DNA from: Glycera tridactyla
Taxonomy: Eukaryota
Assembly: GCA_965644265.1 (NCBI GenBank)
Contig: OZ286467.1
Coordinates: 63,240,001 to 63,304,000, forward strand
Length of the DNA stretch: 64,000 bases
Direction: 5' to 3'
The position numbers and the translations under genes are program-made. Below are positions 62,201 to 64,000 of this stretch, piece by piece. Position 1 is the first letter of the stretch; each line of letters begins with the position of its first letter. The notes under the pieces are model-generated. The model was not told where the DNA came from. It searched no databases and worked only from the letters and a program-made list of their open reading frames with translations.

Positions 62201-63691
62201 GCATTGCGAGAGCGTAAACAAACTATCGCAATCAGGAATCTACTCGCGCAATACGTACGGGAGTCGAACACACGATTATATCATCCAGCCGGGACTGCCG
62301 GCAGCGTAGACGACGTTTAGCCGGGATTGCGTGCCAGTCTACCGGCAGCGCTTCCGACCGTCTGGCCAAAGAGACCATCCAACGCGCGATCCTGATTCGA
62401 ATTCTCTCTAATGCATTGCGAACCCGTAAACAAACCTATCTGTCGCGCAATGAAAAATTGACGAACCGCCGACTGGATAATCAGACTGCGAACCGTACCC
62501 AACCGGCCACCGAAACTATCGTTGACACCACTCACATTTATCTCCAATGCATTGCGAGACGTGAACAAACATTTCCGCGTTCCGCCGATCAACACGATCG
62601 GAGCTGTCAACTCATACTGATATGAAATTCACAGACACACTACATTGACCACTACATGTAGGCGTCATTTCAACACTTCAAATCACATCAAATCACATCA
62701 AATCACAATAATCACACTCTATGCCTCCACCCCCGGTCACGGCGATCACCGCACACGCGCGAGCGTGCGTACCCAACGCAACTGTCACTTTCTTACTATT
62801 TGTTCGCAAAACTATCCAATAGAACAATCCGAGATCATGTTAGATCCTAGTCTGTAAACAAACAATTATGATCCAATGCTCGAAATCGCAATCGCGGATA
62901 GCCGTAGGCCTCGTAATATCGACGAATTACGGAGCCCAGGTATTCCTCAACCTTCTCGTACAACGCGAAGTTGAAAAATACACAGAGTACTCGGTAGTTG
63001 CTAGGGACAACAACAACAGTCCCACCTGCCATCTGGAGGAACTACCGGCGGCCGGGAGGGACACCCCTAAATAGGATATTTATTGTTTTAATGTTCGCAC
63101 GTAGGCCTATCGGCCCGGGGAATGCTAAATTTGAGGGAGAAATGGTACAGATAGATCTAATTTTACTTAATGTTCATCCTCTTTGCTTTCAGAAGCACCA
63201 GCAGTAGGTACCACAGGTATGTAAACACCAGATTCTATTTTTTGCCGTCAGTAGTACCAACCTCGCCAAATTGATCAAATTGACCAATATATGATATCAT
63301 CATCCATCATTTTCCTATGTGTATTCCGATTCATTCCAGGGCAAAGAAGCATGAGAGCAACAATAATTAGTTCCGGATTCTATAGTTGATCATCTATTCT
63401 CCCAAGTCTGTCCTAAAGATATTGGTACTCCAGATTGATCAGGTGCATCTCGAAAAATATATGTTGGCTATTTCATTCAAATGCAATGGATCATCACTGA
63501 CTTTGCATATGTGAGCCTCATCACAATCGACATTCATATGTCATTCGATCAAGTCGAAAATGCGAAAAAACTATTCATGGATGGCCATTTCATCAAAAAT
63601 TCTGTCACTCCAAAATATTATTATAATAATTTATCTTACTCACTTTGTTATCTGTGTCTACTTACAGCAGCCCCAGGAGCACCTACAACAG
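255..63691 (+). CDS. Partial multi-exon gene (about 72 exons, about 1,028 aa in window) for a mucin-like Thr/Ala/Pro-rich protein with three paralogous Cys-bounded domains; start and stop lie outside the window
   Basis: Exons read manually from pyrimidine-tract+AG acceptors and GT(A/G)(T/A/C)GT-type donors. Splice phases chain without frameshift or stop: phase-1 microexons, domain 1 (1-2,2-0,0-1), domain 2 (same), two microexons, domain 3 (1-0,0-1), then microexon array. No transcript evidence is available. Confidence 0.85.
1501..1561. repeat. (CAT)n microsatellite
   Basis: Direct reading. Confidence 0.98.
4077..4234. mobile_element. 158-bp MITE (Tc1/mariner-pogo type ends)
   Basis: TIRs cagtaatcctgtccacagtga / tcactgtagacaggttttactg flanked by TA on both sides (4075-76, 4235-36); internal direct duplication. 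Confidence 0.75.
4726..6398 (+). repeat. 62-bp minisatellite, about 27 copies
   Basis: Unit ggcagcaacacatgattg(a/c)tcctactgactttgtatccta(c/g)tgacacgctggc(c/t)gcaggatt; ggcagc at 4741, 4803, 4865, 4927 and onward. Confidence 0.97.
8732..8921 (+). CDS. Domain 1 exon a (190 nt): GFTCEEDSMEEQYFADRLPDGVTVKYG...RRLDVTCDTTLLIADTR
   Basis: gtcag|ga acceptor, accag|gttagt donor. Paralogous to 13954-14143 with identical length and phase. Confidence 0.85.
9811..9913 (+). CDS. Domain 1 exon b (103 nt): (R)IGVTTLKRLEVVVWGMTSLSFRLTDSAGEQMLEQ
   Basis: caacag|g acceptor, cag|gtgagt donor. Paralogous to 14805-14907, also 103 nt. Confidence 0.88.
10944..11240 (+). pseudogene. Decayed non-LTR retrotransposon RT fragment (CR1/L2-like)
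   Basis: TCLLKDLDNV...LGLKKAFGIVEHVPLITKL and CRVPQGSISGLSLFNLHIN resemble RT motifs LDL.KAFD.V.H and GVPQGS.LGP.LF; stops and frameshifts. Confidence 0.7.
12394..12550 (+). CDS. Domain 1 exon c (157 nt): VGLPVGSTDPISVTASHSGELFERIAIEFHGCSADRPAFIKQAVVQVCHTPM
   Basis: ctttcag|gtt acceptor, atgt|gtgagt donor. Paralogous to 16864-17020, also 157 nt. Confidence 0.85.
12681..12880. repeat. (ATT/ATC)n low-complexity tract
   Basis: Direct reading. Confidence 0.95.
13079..13114 (-). ncRNA. Minimal type I hammerhead-ribozyme-like motif
   Basis: Minus strand CCAC-CUGAUGA-AGA(ugcag)UCU-GAAA-AGCU-UC-AUGG: complete core, 3-bp stem II, palindromic AAGCUU stem III, stem I with one mismatch at 1.1. Confidence 0.6.
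13954..14143 (+). CDS. Domain 2 exon a (190 nt): SYECGEGSLEEEFSHDELPYGVEVSY...RQLNVTCDTSLIISDQR
   Basis: accag|ca acceptor, cagag|gtaaac donor. Same size and phase as 8732-8921. Confidence 0.85.
14247..14672. other. Assembly gap (426 N)
   Basis: Run of n. Confidence 1.
14805..14907 (+). CDS. Domain 2 exon b (103 nt): (R)PGTTTLKRLKVEIKGVTSLNFRLSDADGGQMLEQ
   Basis: ttgacag|a acceptor, caa|gtgagt donor. Clear paralog of 9811-9913. Confidence 0.88.
15295..16060. repeat. (ATCC)n-rich degenerate tetranucleotide tract
   Basis: Direct reading. Confidence 0.92.
16186..16585. repeat. 200-bp direct tandem duplication
   Basis: caaagccacc at 16201 and 16401; atatatgtgtattag at 16371 and 16571. Confidence 0.9.
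16864..17020 (+). CDS. Domain 2 exon c (157 nt): VDVPQASSETTTVISSNSGENFESITVEFLTCNTDGPVFIRQVVVQVCYTPS
   Basis: cccaag|gtt acceptor, agtc|gtaagt donor. Paralog of 12394-12550. Confidence 0.85.
17095..17690. repeat. ~40-43 bp minisatellite (about 14 degenerate copies)
   Basis: Core gaagcatatcatattcgacc recurs at about 17271, 17313, 17355, 17396, 17438, 17479 and 17521. Confidence 0.88.
20707..20727 (+). CDS. 21-nt linker microexon (P)QATTEA
   Basis: tttttggttccag|...gaagcag|gtatgt; phase 1-1. Confidence 0.78.
20749..20882. other. Assembly gap (134 N); could hide a microexon
   Basis: Run of n. Confidence 1.
21290..21310 (+). CDS. 21-nt linker microexon ARATTEA
   Basis: tttttggtttcag|...gaagcag|gtatgt; paralog of 20707-20727. 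Confidence 0.78.
21400..22190 (+). pseudogene. 5'-truncated LINE 3' end (C-terminal Zn-finger region and 3' UTR)
   Basis: Frame-shifted KPKLRTY, RSVTAKFLCGILPLEIEVGRY and LCNICKNGEVEDEAHIVFECNEY motifs typical of L2/Crack-type ORF2 C-termini; tgaa-rich tail near 22170-22190. The 3' boundary is approximate. Confidence 0.75.
22481..22518. repeat. (TG)n microsatellite
   Basis: Direct reading. Confidence 0.97.
22620..22888 (+). CDS. Domain 3 exon a (269 nt): AGCPFDTTLADATSS...TFWQCDPAMDAAQTAAITISVNAGPRSFTSIQFECKCVSVYTIQVFENMFSMNHEIAR
   Basis: ttacag|ct acceptor (phase 1), cacgg|gtatgg donor (phase 0); open frame. WQCD aligns with VTCD of domains 1 and 2. Confidence 0.72.
23043..23091. repeat. 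(TA)n microsatellite
   Basis: Direct reading. Confidence 0.97.
23260..23434. other. Assembly gap (175 N)
   Basis: Run of n. Confidence 1.
24029..26185 (-). mobile_element. Decayed Penelope-like element (RT plus GIY-YIG endonuclease)
   Basis: Broken frames carry KLKSHF, IVIRKADKGS, PGRHIVSANECPTEK, MDVTSLQANIP, RRGY and RPPDLRDLL. At about 24190-24458 the frame reads CQFC...SCQSSDIIHCITCKKYKK*CVGQTSNSLHMRFEAH (GIY-YIG-like). Confidence 0.85.
26501..26617. repeat. GC-rich imperfect palindrome (MITE-like)
   Basis: Arms tgtgacactcgagctgggatcggggagcgggcgacgtagcacc / ggtgctactgcagcccactcgccgatcccagctctcgtatcaca, with inner hairpin gagcgc-aac-gcgctc. Confidence 0.75.
26935..27000 (-). mobile_element. 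Short LINE-like 3' tail remnant
   Basis: Minus strand reads caataaacagttttgaatcttgaatcctgaatcttgaat: AATAAA followed by a short tandem tail. Confidence 0.4.
28526..28682 (+). CDS. Domain 3 exon b (157 nt): GEPTDLSSFESTGIIPIDPSNMWQIIHIILVPGGGCLPAVENLRLNIPCPET
   Basis: tttttgcag|ggc acceptor (phase 0), acaa|gtaagt donor (phase 1). Same 157-nt length and phases as the last exons of domains 1 and 2. Confidence 0.75.
28713..28756. repeat. (CTG)n microsatellite in the intron after domain 3
   Basis: Direct reading. Confidence 0.97.
29068..29189. mobile_element. Probable half MITE with pogo/Tigger-like TIR
   Basis: Ends in agagaggtcgtcttcagagaaggttcgactg (reverse complement cagtcgaaccttctct...) with repeated gagg motifs; partner TIR not found. 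Confidence 0.35.
29195..29232. repeat. (AT)n microsatellite
   Basis: Direct reading. Confidence 0.97.
30164..30187 (+). CDS. 24-nt microexon (T)AKAAVTT
   Basis: tttttcag|cagcaaaagcggcagtcacaacag|gtatgt; NAGNAG acceptor. Confidence 0.75.
30575..30583 (+). CDS. Candidate 9-nt microexon EAQ
   Basis: cttcattgattttcag|aagcacaga|gtaagt; in frame, at the position expected for an EAP-type exon. Confidence 0.45.
31099..35719 (+). CDS. Array unit 1 exons: 31099-31122, 31463-31486, 31986-32006, 32651-32725, 33371-33394, 33657-33680, 34196-34219, 34491-34505, 34764-34787, 35047-35070, 35696-35719
   Basis: Encodes AAPGAPTT EAPAVATT GPAATTA GLTPFAGGEELTTTAAEEEEKVFTT GAPAAATT EAPEVPTT AAPGAPTT AVATT EAPAAATT EAPAVGTT EAPAVGTT (303 nt, 101 aa). 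All boundaries AG/GT, phase 1-1. Confidence 0.87.
36170..40742 (+). CDS. Array unit 2 exons: 36170-36193, 36532-36555, 37056-37076, 37727-37801, 38445-38468, 38722-38745, 39219-39242, 39514-39528, 39787-39810, 40070-40093, 40719-40742
   Basis: Same 11-exon order; second exon reads EAHAVATT; splice sites intact. Confidence 0.87.
41193..44883 (+). CDS. Array unit 3 (short, 9 exons): 41193-41216, 41555-41578, 42079-42099, 42749-42823, 43468-43491, 43754-43777, 44292-44315, 44587-44601, 44860-44883
   Basis: Lacks EAPAAATT and one EAPAVGTT module; last exon reads EAPAVVTT. Confidence 0.87.
45334..49958 (+). CDS. Array unit 4 exons: 45334-45357, 45696-45719, 46220-46240, 46890-46964, 47608-47631, 47894-47917, 48435-48458, 48730-48744, 49003-49026, 49286-49309 (donor mutated), 49935-49958
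   Basis: Second exon reads EAQAVATT; exon 49286-49309 is followed by atatgt instead of gtatgt. Confidence 0.85.
50409..63216 (+). CDS. Array unit 5 exons: 50409-50432, 50771-50794, 51295-51315, 51966-52040, 52684-52707, 52970-52993, 53467-53490, 53762-53776, 54035-54058 (acceptor mutated), 54318-54341, 63193-63216
   Basis: Last intron carries the DIRS insertion; acceptor of 54035 reads tttctt instead of tttcag. Confidence 0.85.
54932..55146 (-). repeat. DIRS right (3') ITR (54960-55146) plus 28-bp extension (54932-54959)
   Basis: Matches 62970-63157 in inverted orientation; the extension has no counterpart at the other end. Confidence 0.92.
55190..55283. other. DIRS internal complementary region (ICR)
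   Basis: 55190-55246 is the reverse complement of 54932-54988, and 55247-55283 is the reverse complement of 63121-63157, i.e. the circle-junction sequence. Confidence 0.95.
55395..55880. repeat. 86-91 bp tandem repeat in the DIRS 3' untranslated region (about 5 full copies plus decayed ones)
   Basis: ccttgtctctc recurs at 55401, 55487, 55573, 55662 and 55753. Confidence 0.9.
55977..58901 (-). CDS. DIRS ORF3: tyrosine recombinase in the C-terminal ~320 aa, with a long N-terminal part overlapping pol
   Basis: Catalytic set present: GRRRSE (R), LAKNQ (K), AHEVR (HxxR), AYW (W), NFYLRD (Y). Confidence 0.95.
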   Translation of the reverse strand: MAQPNHQQICLRNNQGGSHPIFQGTSSTFSSCPPFLSTEEQGEERSLILGDQEHDSETGNNQNQSGRGTRVLLQSVPGLQGNRGISANYQFKTIEYPDSQSEVQDGDRPICGEVNSTTRLDGLHRLERCIFSCADPSEFSKVSAFCCVEGGGLSVSSPPLRPFLSTQGLYHGAEGSGATPPSERNKNTFLPGRLAAEAPGPIHSSGAVEIRPRPIRELGTDSQQRKVRPNSKSTIYLSRDRFQYSRVSSKACMEESGKDQSLHSTVPEETSAASQSHSETAQTHVQHVGFRTHGTPTYASSTDVSVIGMAPIHGLSRNSSNCPQSYSRDIEMVATEGKCIRRSSSETTSGYSNLDDGCFPARMGCIPHSGGSSTPVCRRVASNTQGEIYKCIRARSSTFSNERVLYASSISGSAGALRQHNNSVLPSQAGGHPLITSMRPGVANIHVGGDSTTIYSGQTYSGEEECHCRCSLPSETHSDGMGTRPTDIQSDFSEIQPIPEYRPNGNGPKYQTTHFHKPNSRSGSFSGRCNVNRLEQPRASLYIPANRNDQRCHREAEGSGNHTDLHSTMVAESVVVPGSLRTINRSAPGIASLQSDDDTNSREEESPSFSSSVDGADRLVSVRGALSSKGYSAKATERIARSIRGSSASIYNSRWKKWFFWSRSHGVDCKNPSTPEVADFFIELFESGLKPATIWGYRNALQSVFIHTDCQVLNGKDLKALQNNLELERPVQQKTVPLWDIAIVLRFLKGGTFEPLESCSLVNLTRKTVFLLALASGRRRSEIHAFSSAVRFAADRSRVRIFSVPGFLAKNQKPSSRGPEIIIPALNSGNRTDFDLALCPVRILNTYLERVAEFRANRIRLLIPPNRGTSSEIRVDRVSTWIQQIVRQAYENAEGDRELPTNISAHEVRAIAASWRSLNQTCPIDELMRAAYWKSGNTFGNFYLRDMCNQALDIYSLGPIVVAQSVIDPRGETE
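56870..58921 (-). CDS. pol: DIRS ORF2: reverse transcriptase, RNase H and methyltransferase-like domain
   Basis: VGARL start motif just upstream (frame open from 59017). RT motifs IDLKDAYFHVP, LPFGL, FYLDD; RNase H motifs TDAS..GWGA, INALELEAV, SDNTT, ADALSR; DIRS MT-like DLMA...DAMSTDW...YIYPP. Confidence 0.96.
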   Translation of the reverse strand: MMEFQIQWHSLTTNRFVLGIIKEGLTLSFKELPPLSPVALPFSLPKNKEKKEALFLEIRNMIQKQAIIRINPDEEPGFYCNLFLVSKATGGFRPIINLRPLNTLIHNQKFKMETALSVVKSIAPLDWTVSIDLKDAYFHVPIHQSFQKYLRFAVSKEEAYQFRALPFGLSSAPRVFTMVLREVAQHLHQRGIRIHFYLDDWLLRHQDPSILQEQLKYVLDLSGNLGLIVNKEKSDLIPSQQFTYLGIDFNTQECLVKPAWRRVVKINLCILLFLRRPRQPARAILRLLRHMSSMSDFVHMGRLHMRPLQMFLLSEWRPFMDSLEILLTVPSPILETLKWWQQKENVYGGVPLRPRQVTVTLMTDASLQGWGAYLTVEDHRLQCAGEWPATHRGRSINALELEAVLLAMKEFSMHLQSQVVLVLSDNTTTVSYLAKQGGTHSSLLCGLAWQIFMLAEILQLFIQVRHIPGKRNVIADALSRAKPIQTEWELDQQIFNQILVRFNLFPNIDLMATAQNTKLPIFISPIPDQEALAVDAMSTDWNNLGLAYIYPPTGMIKDVIGKLRGLGITLICIAPWWPNQSWFPDLLELSIDQPLELPLCNQMMTQIVGRKRVHHFRPQLMGLTAWCLSGEPSQAKVILQRRQSGSLGPSEDLPHPSTTVDGKSGFSGAGAMGWIVRTPLLQK
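58968..61739 (-). CDS. gag: DIRS ORF1, gag-like (first ATG at 61688, 906 aa)
   Basis: N-terminal Cys/His cluster (CGHVMPTWDNHQTCPLCRQC...CEIC), acidic/coiled middle and RG-rich C-terminus. Lies first in the element; function is inferred from position. Confidence 0.8.
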   Translation of the reverse strand: MYTQLKRKGHPDLTYFNMSSGLKNGSCGHVMPTWDNHQTCPLCRQCGDRDFNSGNQKMCEICAEWPKDRWEAHYTRRTLSLRRRTVSCDSIPRVSVSSEPITYKELATKKLKSAKIVLAKLPARTNISEASSSLADELELRPQSVESIKKRKELARKREREKMNEAEPLDSGNTEPPDVSGPSPLEGRHRTQEENRSDHGIDSNSLNKSLAQHNIELDRSSIGSRSVSRRSSIPRPVGIGTNRSVREELSQRVTENSSQIEQTKRNTPTDRGKNIAADVPAVDNQGLDEKTSNRRVDSHCGGQSRHSASVSEGAIVNDRLKVVSHAASSQVSDNEISPTQANDENQLRNIVDIESSPVHEFIGQDHHIISQQHSRTVQAIVHRDNLDDEEDNTLQPTVFGSPSSVRSSVRSQFIELSQKKKEMEDKLRELDMFMEEARSRMNPSPIKSLSTRRKNQSSVEQDLPIRLPKAMRIIPCTAAAPNKVAVMGDSRSDKEAVEELGNRRRDDLHSEARFQAMQQKIDSLASKLEKKNEENKKEDSGQDSEGEKERPAVRRRMRAFRRFAAEMLPSVISVPDPFDKEGEGVAQTHGIEMSEDDDDEGREVENLAETSLPLSYLLINSQEILDRALQGRDKGQKLIPISTSFEDFKLDRGGMVGSSAKYFRVAIPRVYGCNSRSYKIRRTGERSKRYLVEAPLIDSDFVKYSKPSKVDLKPSNDEITLREAVKTLSYADFALASSLCAADVPEAEVKDIKKKAKNATRVGLKAIGHTAQLILKVAGNMELGRRTQALRTLDFDEETKSQLRALPLGQEELFGGKLLEASKQSFEAGRVSRELAFDYRTPGYLRSQTAGTPRGSSQFRGRGTFRGRGGQRSKGRGRGRGAQNNNRNDNSNDYNNQQQFQKSNQELRGRFPRGRGRGKKRRP
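62970..63157 (-). repeat. DIRS left (5') inverted terminal repeat, 188 bp
   Basis: Reverse complement of 54960-55146 except a 3-nt mismatch near the tip and a 1-nt indel. Confidence 0.93.
63668..63691 (+). CDS. First exon of array unit 6 (AAPGAPTT); array runs off the window
   Basis: cttacag|cagccccaggagcacctacaacag|gtacgt. Confidence 0.87.
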
Positions 63692-64000
63692 GTACGTGAA
63701 CACCAACAAAATGCGCAAGTGATTTCCCGTTTTCGATTTCATCATTGTTGGACTGTACCTGTATGTCCCAATCACATCTGTGGTCCATGGGCATAGACAG
63801 CAAGGTATTGAGTGTCATCGATGGAATTGGTCTAATAGAGATGGTGCCCATATGGATATATGGATGTATTGAGCACCCTCCTACTTTTGATCCTATTTTA
63901 TATTTGTATACTTCTAAGAATCACTCTTCACTCATTCCACCTTCCTCTGTATCTCAACTGCTTCATATATAATGACAAAATACTTTTTGAAGACCAATAT

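Larger units (their letters stand above)
54932..63157 (-). mobile_element. Full-length DIRS1-like tyrosine-recombinase retrotransposon (~8.2 kb)
   Basis: Inverted terminal repeats, internal complementary region, gag, RT/RNaseH/MT and overlapping YR ORFs all uninterrupted. Flanks rejoin to gggagaac-taattttacttaatg, matching the array intron, with no target-site duplication. Confidence 0.97.
30820..64000 (+). repeat. Tandem array of ~5.05 kb microexon-containing units: five complete units plus flanking partials, interrupted by a DIRS element
   Basis: Homologous AAPGAPTT exons start at 31099, 36170, 41193, 45334, 50409 and 63668. Spacings are 5071, 5023, 4141, 5075 and 5033 (the last after removing the 8226-bp DIRS). 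Introns are near-identical by inspection. Confidence 0.97.

Noticed and set aside
61979-63207. 60-97 aa ORFs in the DIRS 5' region
   Set aside because: They lie in the ITR and leader, which contains short internal duplications (e.g. gattcgaattctctctaatgcattgcga twice); no protein motifs.

Overview
Metazoan genomic DNA with AT-rich introns, many microsatellites and three N-gaps; a marine invertebrate origin is plausible but only an inference. The window lies inside one large + strand gene whose start and stop are outside it, and which the ORF track almost entirely misses. Reading AG/GT boundaries by eye gives about 72 exons that splice into one open frame of about 1,028 aa. Of these, 58 are 9-27 nt microexons and six are 72-75 nt exons. 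All 64 are symmetric (phase 1-1, length a multiple of 3) and almost all encode Thr/Ala/Pro-rich mucin-like units (EAPAVATT, AAPGAPTT, GPAATTA). The other eight exons encode three paralogous Cys-bounded 142-150 aa domains that I cannot assign to a named family. From about 30.8 kb to the end, the microexons sit in a tandem array of near-identical ~5.05 kb units, typically 11 exons and 101 aa each, built from ~0.3-0.7 kb exon+intron monomers. An older decayed copy of the unit lies at 0.2-6.8 kb, where one splice-acceptor/microexon appears to have expanded into a 62-bp satellite. An apparently intact 8.2 kb DIRS1-type tyrosine-recombinase retrotransposon (gag, RT-RNaseH-MT, YR, ITRs, ICR) is inserted antisense into unit 5. 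Introns also hold decayed LINE and Penelope-like fragments, MITE-like elements and a hammerhead-ribozyme-like motif.
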